Positions 49,180-58,749 are shown, counted from the stretch's first letter. The stretch is 64,000 nucleotides of DNA from an uncultured Clostridium sp. (GCA_946497775.1 CAMMLS010000001.1:160280-224279); one strand, 5' to 3'. The notes: a model not told the origin generated them from the sequence alone. Numbers and translations are program-made.

Positions 49180-49208
49180 TTGACACAAAATTAAAATAAA
49201 TATATAAT
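49180..49208 (+). promoter_or_regulatory. consensus sigma-A promoter of ppiB
   Basis: TTGACA, 17 nt spacer, TATAAT. A 10-bp inverted repeat AATTTTGTGT/ACACAAAATT (49153-49162 and 49183-49192) overlaps the -35. Confidence 0.65.
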
Positions 49209-49255
49209 TGCAAAATAGGAAAAAGGCAACTAGCCAAAGATAAGGAGACAATAAA

Positions 49256-50047
49256 ATGAAGAATTCAAAAACATGGTTAATAATTTTTTTAATTGTATTA
49301 CTAGTAATTGGAGTAGTACTTGGAATAGGTTATTACAAAAAACTAACAGAAAATAAACAAAACCCAATAGTCACAATGAACATAAAAGATTATGGAACAA
49401 TAAAAATAGAACTATATCCAGATATGGCACCAAACACAGTAGCTAACTTTATAAAACTAGCACAAAATGGATACTATAATGGTTTAACATTCCATAGAGT
49501 AGTACAAGACTTTATGATACAAGGTGGAGACAAAGCAGGAGATGGAACAGGTAGTGTAACATTAAAAGATTTATACCCAAATGGAGAAAGTGAAGATGAA
49601 TACTGTATAGAAGGAGAATTTGTAGCAAATAACTATACAGATAATACTTTAAAACTAGAAAGAGGAGTTATAGCAATGGCAAGAGGTGATTATACCTCAA
49701 TAAGTACAGCATTAAGAACTGAATCTTATAACTCAGGAGGAGCACAATTCTTTATAATGGTAAAAGATACACCAAGAATAAATGGATTATACGCTGCATT
49801 TGGAAGAGTAACAGAAGGAATGGATATAGTAGACCAAATAGTTGCATTAGAAACAGTAGTAGAAACTGATGAAGAAACAGGCGAAACAACAGAGACAGAT
49901 ATGCCAGTTAACAAACCGGTAATAGAAAGTGTAACAGTTGAAACATTTGGTAAAGACTATGGATATCCAGAGACATTAGAGCCATTTGATTATATGAGTT
50001 ACTTAATGTCAATGTATTCAGGAAGTTTAACATCTAGTGAAGAATAA
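49256..50047 (+). CDS. ppiB: membrane-anchored cyclophilin-type peptidyl-prolyl isomerase
   Basis: N-terminal TM helix. Motifs FHRVVQDFMIQGGD and GAQFFIM. Confidence 0.88.
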   Translation: MKNSKTWLIIFLIVLLVIGVVLGIGYYKKLTENKQNPIVTMNIKDYGTIKIELYPDMAPNTVANFIKLAQNGYYNGLTFHRVVQDFMIQGGDKAGDGTGSVTLKDLYPNGESEDEYCIEGEFVANNYTDNTLKLERGVIAMARGDYTSISTALRTESYNSGGAQFFIMVKDTPRINGLYAAFGRVTEGMDIVDQIVALETVVETDEETGETTETDMPVNKPVIESVTVETFGKDYGYPETLEPFDYMSYLMSMYSGSLTSSEE

Positions 50048-50055
50048 TAAAGTTT

Positions 50056-50088
50056 GTTCCAGAAGGTATATTTCTTCTGGAACTTTTC
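50056..50088 (+). terminator. rho-independent terminator of ppiB
   Basis: Stem GTTCCAGAAG/CTTCTGGAAC followed by TTTT. Confidence 0.8.
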
Positions 50089-50155
50089 ACAAATAAATAA
50101 TGCTATGTAATAATTTTACATATATTTTTACTTTGCTAAAAGGAGGAAATTAATC

Positions 50156-50734
50156 ATGCAAAAAAACACTTTAATTATTGTAGAAGGACCACAAGGAGCA
50201 GGTAAAAGTACATTTACAAATTATCTAAGAGAAAACTTGGCATCAGCTGATTTGCACAGACTTACAGGAATAAAAGATAAGTCAAAAACTGGCCTTGCCA
50301 AAGTTACCAAAAGATTTATGCGAGAAATGGACTATATAAGACAAGGCTGCTCACCAGATGATCCAACTATGATATACGACCGTAATTTCTTCACAGACGA
50401 AGTATATGCAAGACTTGGTTACAAAGAGTATTCGTTTGCAGAAACTTATCAAAATTTGCTTAAACAATTAGATGAAATGGATTTAGAAATTTACTTAGTA
50501 ATACTTTACTTAGAAAATGAAAATCTGTATAAAGAACGTTTGGCAAGTCGAGATAAATTCGAATATCAAAAATTCGATGTAGAAAATAGTATAAATCAGC
50601 AAAGAGAATACTTAAAATTAGCAGATGAAATTGAAAAACAAACTAAAAACATAAAAGTAATACGTTTTGCAAATGATACCGAAGAAAAATTTAAGAGCAA
50701 AGTAAAAGAAATATTTGGACAATTGTTCAAATAA
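50156..50734 (+). CDS. P-loop nucleoside/nucleotide kinase-like protein
   Basis: Walker A VEGPQGAGKST. About 190 aa. Uses noticeably more CGN and other GC-ending codons than its neighbours. Confidence 0.5.
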   Translation: MQKNTLIIVEGPQGAGKSTFTNYLRENLASADLHRLTGIKDKSKTGLAKVTKRFMREMDYIRQGCSPDDPTMIYDRNFFTDEVYARLGYKEYSFAETYQNLLKQLDEMDLEIYLVILYLENENLYKERLASRDKFEYQKFDVENSINQQREYLKLADEIEKQTKNIKVIRFANDTEEKFKSKVKEIFGQLFK

Positions 50735-50988
50735 AATTATGGCATAATTTCCTTACAATATGTGGAGATTATGCCTATTTTTATACGAACATTTATAAAA
50801 ATAAATAAAGCATTTACAAAAAGTATGTTAAGTTATTTTTGCTTAGCTTTATTAAATGTACTCAAAATATCTTAAAATCAATATTTACAAAAGAAAAATA
50901 ATCGATGGCTATATTTTCTAAACCATCGATTATAAAAAAATTAAAATTCTAAAAAACTTACACACTTTACTTGACAAAGTCGTAAATA

Positions 50989-51285
50989 TTATTCATCAGT
51001 ACTATATACAAGTACTTCCTCTAAATCAACACCTTCTAGCAATGAACCTTTTATACTTCCTGTTGTTACTATATCTACTTCTTTTTCCAATGCTTCTTCT
51101 AATGCATATTTGACTTCTACAATTTTAAAACCTTCCGCAACATCTTCCGTTTTTAATAAAATATCTATGTCACTATCTGGTTTTTGTTGTTTTCTAACAT
51201 AAGAGCCAAATACCCATACATAACTAAGATTATATTTCTTAGCGACTGGTTTAATTTTTTGCTTAATTTTTTCTATTTCAGACAT
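50989..51285 (-). CDS. mntA: MNT-type nucleotidyltransferase antitoxin (second pair)
   Basis: Motif VFGSYVRKQQKPDSDIDILL. Confidence 0.75.
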   Translation of the reverse strand: MSEIEKIKQKIKPVAKKYNLSYVWVFGSYVRKQQKPDSDIDILLKTEDVAEGFKIVEVKYALEEALEKEVDIVTTGSIKGSLLEGVDLEEVLVYSTDE

Positions 51286-51291
51286 AGTGTA

Positions 51292-51639
51292 TTACTCCTT
51301 ATTAATTATTTTTTTGCAAAATTCTTTTATTTTTACTGTCTCTTTATCGGCTACATTCCACAATATTAATTTATCAATAGTTTCATAATTATGCACTACA
51401 ATGTCTCTCATACCAGCAATATTTCTCCATGGTATTTCATTATATTTTTCACGAAATTCATTTGATAGTCTTTTTACTAATTCGCCTATTTGTGTAACTG
51501 GGGTTAATATTGCATTTTGATAAATACTATTTTCTTGAAAAATTTTATAAGAATCACCAAAATATTTTTTTGTATCTTCAATTATATTACAATGTTTTAT
51601 GATTGCTAAAAGTATTTTTCTTGTCTTTTCTTCTAACAT
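51292..51639 (-). CDS. hepT: HepT (DUF86) RNase toxin (second pair)
   Basis: R-x4-H-x-Y motif in MRDIVVHNY. Lies upstream of its MNT partner, the opposite order to pair 1. Confidence 0.75.
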   Translation of the reverse strand: MLEEKTRKILLAIIKHCNIIEDTKKYFGDSYKIFQENSIYQNAILTPVTQIGELVKRLSNEFREKYNEIPWRNIAGMRDIVVHNYETIDKLILWNVADKETVKIKEFCKKIINKE

Positions 51640-51793
51640 AAAAAATTTCCTTTCATTAACAATATATTTAATTATATTATATTAAATAATTATTGTCTAT
51701 AATTACCGAAAATTTTATTACTATTTTTATTTATGATTACAATTGATGTTAAACAAAATCTTATAAAAAAATATAAATTTTTTTAAAAAACTA

Positions 51794-51822
51794 TTGACAA
51801 CTAAATTAATATAGTTTATAAT
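51794..51822 (+). promoter_or_regulatory. perfect consensus sigma-A promoter of tRNA-Gly
   Basis: TTGACA (51794-51799), 17 nt spacer, TATAAT (51817-51822). Confidence 0.7.
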
Positions 51823-51855
51823 CTATACTTGTCAGGGGACAGTAAAAAATAATAT

Positions 51856-51929
<74 letters not shown>

Positions 51930-51940
51930 TTTTTTTTAGA

Positions 51941-51976
51941 AACTTACGACCGATAAAAGGTTCGTAAGTTTTTTTG
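51941..51976 (+). terminator. rho-independent terminator after tRNA-Gly
   Basis: Stem AACTTACGA/TCGTAAGTT followed by TTTTT. Confidence 0.75.
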
Positions 51977-52076
51977 TTGCCAATTTACATAAAAAGTGAT
52001 ATACTTAATATTGTAATCCATTTTCGAATAAGCTTCTTAATTAGTAGCTTATAATTTCAGCATTGGAGGGAGTATT

Positions 52077-52436
52077 ATGATGTTTGGGGAAAGTCGGATT
52101 AAATTAATTATAGCTTTTGTTATTGCTTCTTTGTTTGCCTTAATATTTTCAGTTGCTGCTGATACTAGTAGTAGCCCAGAAGCATTTAATACGTTATTAT
52201 TAATAAAAGTTTATTTAATTTTATTAATATTAAGCATATTAATTTTGGGCAAAAACAATGTTTTTATTGCAATTGAAATTGAAAAACCAATAGTGGTTGA
52301 AGAAAAACAAGATGAGCATGCCAATAAAATTGAAATAGTTGGCAAAGAAATAGCAAAAGCCTTAAACCGAAAAGAACCTTTATCGGAAAAAGAAATTGAA
52401 AAAGTAATTGATATTTTAGATGAATACGGACTCTAA
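52077..52436 (+). CDS. hypothetical two-TM membrane protein; contains the only in-frame CGG (52095-52097) that does not coincide with a frame break
   Basis: GGAGGGAG RBS and ATG 52077. N-terminus MMFGES-R-IKLIIAFVIASLFALIF. A +1 reading at this CGG would stop after GLN. Confidence 0.45.
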   Translation: MMFGESRIKLIIAFVIASLFALIFSVAADTSSSPEAFNTLLLIKVYLILLILSILILGKNNVFIAIEIEKPIVVEEKQDEHANKIEIVGKEIAKALNRKEPLSEKEIEKVIDILDEYGL

Positions 52437-52713
52437 TGTAAAAAGAATCCCTTTTTGAACTCTACTTTTTGGGGTATAGTTCATTTTGGGGATTCTTTTT
52501 TTATAAATAAAAATATATAAAACATTCTGCGTAATTGTTCCAAACCTAACTATTTACATTCGAAACATCAATCCATAAAATTAAAGATTTTTTTAAATAA
52601 AATATGTAGATTAATATTGTAAAATAATCAATATACAAATATAATATAAAAAAATTAAATTTTAATGCAATAAAAAATCAACTTAAAGCATTAATATAGT
52701 GAAAGGGGTAAAA

Positions 52714-53280
52714 ATGAATTCAAAAATTTTGGTACCAGAAATTAATGAATATCAAGAATCTTTATTAGAAGAATGCATAAAGGATATAAGCTATGGTGAT
52801 AAAGATGCTTTATCTACATTATATAATCTTACTAAAACATCTGTATATGGATTTGCATTATCAATATTAAAAAATATACACGAAGCAGAAGATGTTCTGC
52901 AAGAAGTTTATATAAGAATATATGAAAATGCTAGTTTTTATAATCCAAATGGAAAACCACTAGCTTGGATACTTACTATAACAAAAAACTTAGCATTAAT
53001 GAAATTAAGAAAAAATAGAAATCATTTAGATTTAGATGAATTACATGAAATTTTAGCAGATCACAAAGATGTTAATGAGGCTGAAAACCAAGTTTTACTT
53101 GCAACTGTATTTGAACATATTTCAGATGAAGAAAGAAATATATTAATATTACATGCAGTTTCTGGTTTTAAGCATAGAGAAATAGCAAAAATGTTAGGAA
53201 TACCACTTACAACTGTTCTATCAAAATATAATAGAACAATAAAAAAAATAAAAAAAAGGATGGGTGAGGTAAAAATATGA
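52714..53280 (+). CDS. ECF-type sigma-70 family factor
   Basis: GAAAGGGG RBS before ATG 52714. Region 2 (AEDVLQEVYIRIYE...WILTITKNLALM) and region 4 HTH (GFKHREIAKMLGIPLTTVLSKYNR). Confidence 0.8.
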   Translation: MNSKILVPEINEYQESLLEECIKDISYGDKDALSTLYNLTKTSVYGFALSILKNIHEAEDVLQEVYIRIYENASFYNPNGKPLAWILTITKNLALMKLRKNRNHLDLDELHEILADHKDVNEAENQVLLATVFEHISDEERNILILHAVSGFKHREIAKMLGIPLTTVLSKYNRTIKKIKKRMGEVKI

Positions 53281-54734
53281 AAAAGAGTGAAATTGAATCA
53301 AGATTAAATAGAGCAATAAACAATATTGTTCCAGATGTATTAGATAATATCCTTGCCCAGTGTGAAAATAGGGAAGGATTGAATAATATGAATTTTATAA
53401 AAGAAAAAAAGAAAGAAAATGTAGAACTGGTAGAGAAAAAGAAAACAAGAAAAAATTTTTTTGTTCCTAAATTAGCAGGAGCATTGGCAACAGTAATCAT
53501 GTGCGCATTTGGAGTATTTGGATTTGCTCAATATCAAAATACTTCTAATGCAATAGATTCCATAATTGACTTTGATGTAAACCCAAGTGTTGAAATAAAA
53601 ATAAATAAAAATGAAAAAATAATCGAGGCAAGCGCACTAAATGATGAAGGGAAAACAATTCTTGAAGATATGGACTTAGAAAAAGTAGATTTAGATGTAG
53701 GAGTAAATGCTATAATAGGTTCTATGTTAAAAAATGGTTATATTACAGAAGCACAAAATTCAATATTAGTATCTGTAAAAAATGATAATTCAGAAAAAGC
53801 AAAAGAATTAGAAGAAAAAATATCAAAAGAAATAAATGAATTATTAAGTGCTAAAAGCATACAAGGCTCAATATTATCACAAATGTATAGTAGTGATGAC
53901 AAAATAGAAAATTTAGCTAAAACAAATAATATATCAGAAGGAAAAGCAAATTTAATAAATAAAGTTATAACAACTAATGTAAAAGACTCAAAAGGAAATG
54001 CATATACATTTGATGAATTATCTAAACTATCAATTAATGAACTAAATGTTTTATTAAATTCAAAGAAAGTAGTATTAAATAAAGTATCATCTACTGGAAA
54101 TGCTAACGAAAAATTATACATTGGAAATGAAAAAGCAAAAGAAATAGCTTTTGCCAAAGCAGGAGTAACAGCTTCAAGTGTAACAAATTTAGAAGTTGAA
54201 CTTGATTGCGATGATGGAATACTAATTTATGAAGTAGAATTTAATGTTGGAACAAATGAATATGAATATGATATTAATGCAAAAGACGGAAATATTATTA
54301 AAGAAGATGTAGATATTAATGATGACGATGACAGAGATGATGATAAGGACGACGACGATGATGATGATAACAATTACAATTATAATAAAAATAATAACAA
54401 TGTAAATACCAACACATATATTCAAACTACAAATAACAATAGCCAAAAGAACAATTTAAATAATGATGATCGAGATGATAATGATGATCGAGATGATAAT
54501 GATGATCGAGATGATAACGATGATCGAGATGATAATGATGATCGAGATGATAACGATGATCGAGATGATAACGATGATCGAGATGATAACGATGATCGAG
54601 ATGATAATGATGATCGAGACGATAACGATGATCGAGACGATAACGATGATCGAGATGATAATGATGACCAAGATGATAATGATGATCGAGATGATAACGA
54701 TGATCAAGATGATGATGACAGAGATGACAAGTAG
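53277..54734 (+). CDS. anti-sigma factor with TM helix, PepSY-like domain and an acidic (DDRDDN)n tail
   Basis: ATGA overlap with the sigma gene. TM helix LAGALATVIMCAFGVFGF. PepSY-like AKEIAFAKAGV...LIYEVEF...EYEYDINAKDGNII. The C-terminus is low-complexity repeat. Confidence 0.65.
   Translation: MKKSEIESRLNRAINNIVPDVLDNILAQCENREGLNNMNFIKEKKKENVELVEKKKTRKNFFVPKLAGALATVIMCAFGVFGFAQYQNTSNAIDSIIDFDVNPSVEIKINKNEKIIEASALNDEGKTILEDMDLEKVDLDVGVNAIIGSMLKNGYITEAQNSILVSVKNDNSEKAKELEEKISKEINELLSAKSIQGSILSQMYSSDDKIENLAKTNNISEGKANLINKVITTNVKDSKGNAYTFDELSKLSINELNVLLNSKKVVLNKVSSTGNANEKLYIGNEKAKEIAFAKAGVTASSVTNLEVELDCDDGILIYEVEFNVGTNEYEYDINAKDGNIIKEDVDINDDDDRDDDKDDDDDDDNNYNYNKNNNNVNTNTYIQTTNNNSQKNNLNNDDRDDNDDRDDNDDRDDNDDRDDNDDRDDNDDRDDNDDRDDNDDRDDNDDRDDNDDRDDNDDRDDNDDQDDNDDRDDNDDQDDDDRDDK
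54465..54716 (+). repeat. 18-bp tandem repeat x14 (GATGATCGAGATGATAAY) encoding DDRDDN units
   Basis: Eleven DDRDDN units followed by DDQDDN, DDRDDN and DDQDDD. Copies differ mainly at synonymous third positions (AAT/AAC, GAT/GAC). Confidence 0.9.
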
Positions 54735-54746
54735 ATAATTAATATC

Positions 54747-54776
54747 AAATGCCAACTAATATTAGTTGGCATTTTT
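54747..54776 (+). terminator. rho-independent terminator
   Basis: Stem AAATGCCAACTAAT/ATTAGTTGGCATTT followed by a T-run. Confidence 0.8.
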
Positions 54777-54812
54777 CTACATAAACTAAGATATTTTACA
54801 TTAGCATATATC

Positions 54813-54841
54813 TTGACTTTTATGCTAAATTATTCTATTAT
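54813..54841 (+). promoter_or_regulatory. sigma-A promoter of tRNA-Thr
   Basis: TTGACT, 17 nt spacer, TATTAT. An 8-bp inverted repeat TTAGCATA/TATGCTAA brackets the -35. Confidence 0.5.
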
Positions 54842-54856
54842 ATTATATGGAATAAT

Positions 54857-54932
54857 GCTATTATAGCTCAGTTGGTAGAGCAACAGATTCGTAACCTGTA
54901 GGTCGGCGGTTCGATTCCGCCTAATAGCTCCA
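54857..54932 (+). tRNA. tRNA-Thr (anticodon CGU)
   Basis: Acceptor GCTATTA/TAATAGC, D-arm GCTC-AGTTGGTA-GAGC, anticodon loop TTCGTAA, T-arm GGCGG-TTCGATT-CCGCC, encoded CCA. There is one A-C mismatch at the base of the anticodon stem. Confidence 0.85.
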
Positions 54933-54960
54933 AATCAAAGTAAACGGAGGATTAAAAGTA

Positions 54961-55866
54961 GTGGGCTTTTTTGATAAATTAAAACAAGGTTTAGGTAAAA
55001 CTAAGGATTCATTTAATGAGAAAATAAATGATATTTTTAGTAATTTTAGAAAAGTAGACGAAGAATTATTAGAAGAATTAGAAGAAATATTAATAATGTC
55101 AGATGTAGGAATGGATACATCTTTAAGTATTATAGATGGACTAAGAAACAGAATTAAAAAGGAAAAAATAGAAGATGAAGAATCTGTAAAAAAAGCACTT
55201 CAAGAAGAAATGCAAAAAATATTAGATGTGGAAAAACCAGATTTACATTTAAATACAAAACCATCAGTTATTTTAGTAATAGGAGTAAATGGAGTAGGAA
55301 AAACAACATCTATTGGTAAAATTGCAAATAGACTAAAAAAAGATGGCAAAAAAATTATGGTTGCAGCAGCAGATACATTTAGAGCAGCAGCAGTTGAACA
55401 ATTAGAAATATGGGCAAATAGAGCGGGGGTAGATATAGTAAAAAAAGATGAAGGAACAGACCCCGCGGCAGTAGTATATGAAGCAATAAAAAAAGCAAAA
55501 GAAAACGGAACAGATATTATTATATGTGATACAGCTGGTAGGCTACATAATAAAAAACACTTAATGGATGAACTTGCAAAAATACAAAGGGTAATTCAAA
55601 AAGAATTACCAGATGCAGATAAAGAAGTGTTGCTTGTAATAGATGGAACAACCGGACAAAATGCAATAGAACAAGTAAAAGCTTTTAAAGAAACAGCCAA
55701 TATTACAGGATTAGTGCTTACAAAATTAGATGGTACAGCAAAGGGCGGAGTAGTAATAGGAATTGTAGATAAAAATCATATACCTGTAAAATTTATTGGC
55801 GTTGGAGAGCAAATAGATGATATGGAAATATTCAGTAGTGAAGATTTTGTAAAAGCCATAATTTAA
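54961..55866 (+). CDS. ftsY: signal recognition particle receptor FtsY
   Basis: GGAGG RBS before GTG 54961. Motifs GVNGVGKTTSIGK, DTAGRL and TKLDGTAKGG. Confidence 0.92.
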   Translation: MGFFDKLKQGLGKTKDSFNEKINDIFSNFRKVDEELLEELEEILIMSDVGMDTSLSIIDGLRNRIKKEKIEDEESVKKALQEEMQKILDVEKPDLHLNTKPSVILVIGVNGVGKTTSIGKIANRLKKDGKKIMVAAADTFRAAAVEQLEIWANRAGVDIVKKDEGTDPAAVVYEAIKKAKENGTDIIICDTAGRLHNKKHLMDELAKIQRVIQKELPDADKEVLLVIDGTTGQNAIEQVKAFKETANITGLVLTKLDGTAKGGVVIGIVDKNHIPVKFIGVGEQIDDMEIFSSEDFVKAII

Positions 55867-55887
55867 AGATAGGAGAGAGCATATAAG

Positions 55888-58701
55888 GTGGAAGATGCAA
55901 ATAAAGAACTAGTACAAAAGAAAAAAGTAAATTATAAAAAAAGAGTAATCTTGGTTTTAATATTTTTAGTTCTAGTAAGCATATTTATGTTTGTAAAATT
56001 AAGAGGAGAATATTTAAATATTCTTTCAATAGGGGAAAACTATATAAATGTGTTTACACAAACAATAAAATATCAATATTTTGTGATTGGAATTAATTTT
56101 GTAGCTTTATTTTTTATTTTTTATGTCACAACAAGATTTATAAAAAGAGGATTAAAAAAATTTTTTGAAGAAGACAAAATAGAAATGCCCAAATTGCCTA
56201 ATAAGTCTATTGCATTAATAGCAGGTGCAATTTTAAGCATAATTACATCGCCATTTATGATAGAAAAAACTATGCTAGCATTTAATGCTGCACAATTTGG
56301 AATAGCAGACCCGATTTTTAATGTAGATATAGGCTATTACATATTTGTAAAACCGTTTATAGAAATGTTATTATATTATGTTATATTCGTATTCATAGTT
56401 ATATCAATATATATAGCAATTTATTATATTGCTGTATTTAATATATATTTCGATGGAATTAATATAGAAACATTAAAAAAGAATACAGTAATAAAACAAA
56501 TTATATTTAATGTTATGATAATAGCATTAGCGGTTGCTGGATTGACATTTGTAAATTCTAATAATGTTATATTCGAAAAATCAATAGATATAGATCAAGA
56601 TATTGTGCTATATGGTGGTGGACTTACAGATGTAACAATAAAAGTATGGGGATACAGAATTTTTGCTTTATTAATACCAATTGCAGTATATTTGGGTATA
56701 AGTTTTATAAGAAAATCTCAAAACAAAAAAGCAATATTATCATTTGGAGCAATACCAACATATTTAGTTGGACTATTTTTAATAATGACTTTATTCCAAT
56801 TAATAATGGTTTCTCCAAATGAATTAGATAAAGAAAAAGCATATATAAAAAATAACATAGAAGGAACAAAACAAGCATATGGCATTGATATAGAAGAAAT
56901 AGAAATAGCACATACTGGTACTATAACTAGCGAACAAGTGAATAAAAATGGCAATGTATTAACTAATATCCCAATTGTAACAAAAGATGTTGTGCTAAAA
57001 AATTTAGAGGAATATCAAACTAGTACAGGATATTATGCATATAGAAATATAAGTATAGCAGAATATAATATAAATGGCACAGATGAAATTTGCTATATAT
57101 CACCAAGAGAAATAGTTAGCGATAATGGAAGAACAGATAATAGCAAAACATATGAATATACACATGGATATGGAGCAATAATAACATCAGCATCTACACT
57201 TGATGATTCAAATAATATAACATATATACAAAAGGGATTAAACGAAAACGGACCAATAAAGGTAAATGAACCAAGAATTTATTTTGGGCTACAAACAAAT
57301 CAAACAATTATAACTAATGTGGATAATTACAAAGAATATGATTACCCAATAACAAGTAGTACAAATGCAGAAAATGTATACGATGGACTTGCTGGTATAA
57401 AATTAAATTTATTAGATAGATTAATTTTAGGAATACATACAGGAGACTTAAAAATAGCATTCAATACAAATATGAACGAAAACAGCAAAGTAATAACCAA
57501 CAGAAATATAATTGAAAGAGCAAAAACTTTAATGCCATATCTAATGTATGATGAAGATCCATATATGGTAATAACAGATGATGGAAGACAAGTATGGGTA
57601 TTAGATGCATATACAATATCTAATTCATATCCATATTCACAAGAATCTATTATTGAAAAAGACGGAGTAAGAACAAGAATAAATTATATAAGAAATTCTG
57701 TAAAAGTATTAATAGATGCTTATGATGGAACATTACAATTTTATATAACAGATAGAACAGATCCAATTGTAATGGCATATAGAAATATTTATCCAGACTT
57801 ATTTATGGATTTAGATGCACAAATACCAGTGGATATATCAAGACATATTATTTATCCACAATTATTATATAATATTCAAGCAGAAATGCTAAGCATGTAC
57901 CATAATGTTCAAACAGAGGTGTTATATAGAAATGACGATTTATGGGATATAGCAAAAAGCACAGCTAATAAAACCACATCATCAAGTATAGGTGCAACAA
58001 TGGATTCATACTATACAATGTTAAAAACAAGTGATTCAAATGAAGAAAAATTAGGTTTAGTAATTCCATATACTCCATATAATAAACAAAATATTATTGC
58101 TTATCTAGTAGGAACATATGAAAATGATAATAAACTAAAACTATATAAATTTAATTCTGATAATAGCATATTAGGACCAATGCAATTAGAAAATCAAATT
58201 GAACAAGATGAGGCAATATCTACTGAATTAAAAGCATTAAATGTTGCTGGAACTAAACTTATAAAAGACATGATAATAGTTCCAATTGAAAATACACTAC
58301 TTTATGTACAACCTATTTATCAAGTTTTATTAAATGAATCACAGGTGCCAATTCTTAAAAAAGTTGTTGTGGCTTCTGGAAATAAGCTTGCAATAGGTAA
58401 TAGCCTGCAAGAAGCAATAGAAAGATTGGTTTCACAAGATGCCTCTAGAATAGAAATTGAAAATACGGATGATGAAGAAGGATTGATAGAAGCTATTATT
58501 AAGGCAAATAATAATTTGAGCGAGTCTAGTGCTAATAATGATTGGGAACTAATGGGAAAAGATATTAACAGATTGCAAAGCCTAATTACTCAGCTTGAAG
58601 AATTAATGAAAGAAACAGAAAATACTGAAAATAATGAAAGTAATTCTAATATTATAAATGAGACCAATACAATAGATAATGCTATTGAAAATCAAATTTA
58701 A
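55888..58701 (+). CDS. UPF0182-family large membrane protein
   Basis: About 7 N-terminal TM helices, then conserved blocks PNELDKEKAYIKNNIEGTKQAYGI, PYLMYDEDPYMVITDDGRQVWVLDAYT and NYIRNSVKVLIDAYDGTLQFY. Confidence 0.8.
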   Translation: MEDANKELVQKKKVNYKKRVILVLIFLVLVSIFMFVKLRGEYLNILSIGENYINVFTQTIKYQYFVIGINFVALFFIFYVTTRFIKRGLKKFFEEDKIEMPKLPNKSIALIAGAILSIITSPFMIEKTMLAFNAAQFGIADPIFNVDIGYYIFVKPFIEMLLYYVIFVFIVISIYIAIYYIAVFNIYFDGINIETLKKNTVIKQIIFNVMIIALAVAGLTFVNSNNVIFEKSIDIDQDIVLYGGGLTDVTIKVWGYRIFALLIPIAVYLGISFIRKSQNKKAILSFGAIPTYLVGLFLIMTLFQLIMVSPNELDKEKAYIKNNIEGTKQAYGIDIEEIEIAHTGTITSEQVNKNGNVLTNIPIVTKDVVLKNLEEYQTSTGYYAYRNISIAEYNINGTDEICYISPREIVSDNGRTDNSKTYEYTHGYGAIITSASTLDDSNNITYIQKGLNENGPIKVNEPRIYFGLQTNQTIITNVDNYKEYDYPITSSTNAENVYDGLAGIKLNLLDRLILGIHTGDLKIAFNTNMNENSKVITNRNIIERAKTLMPYLMYDEDPYMVITDDGRQVWVLDAYTISNSYPYSQESIIEKDGVRTRINYIRNSVKVLIDAYDGTLQFYITDRTDPIVMAYRNIYPDLFMDLDAQIPVDISRHIIYPQLLYNIQAEMLSMYHNVQTEVLYRNDDLWDIAKSTANKTTSSSIGATMDSYYTMLKTSDSNEEKLGLVIPYTPYNKQNIIAYLVGTYENDNKLKLYKFNSDNSILGPMQLENQIEQDEAISTELKALNVAGTKLIKDMIIVPIENTLLYVQPIYQVLLNESQVPILKKVVVASGNKLAIGNSLQEAIERLVSQDASRIEIENTDDEEGLIEAIIKANNNLSESSANNDWELMGKDINRLQSLITQLEELMKETENTENNESNSNIINETNTIDNAIENQI

Positions 58702-58718
58702 TGAATATTTAATAAAAT

Positions 58719-58749
58719 AAAGACCACCATATATATTAGGTGGTCTTTT
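58719..58749 (+). terminator. rho-independent terminator
   Basis: Stem AAAGACCACC/GGTGGTCTTT. Confidence 0.7.

Noticed and set aside
54465-54716. A possible CRISPR array.
   Set aside because: The 18-bp units are directly adjacent with no spacers. They are in frame within a CDS, and there are no cas genes nearby.
54456-54755. Two repeat-encoded ORFs (54463-54738 plus strand, MMIEMIMM...; 54456-54755 minus strand, IIII...).
   Set aside because: They are alternative-frame readings of the 18-bp tandem repeat inside the anti-sigma gene. The DDRDDN frame is continuous with a real protein.
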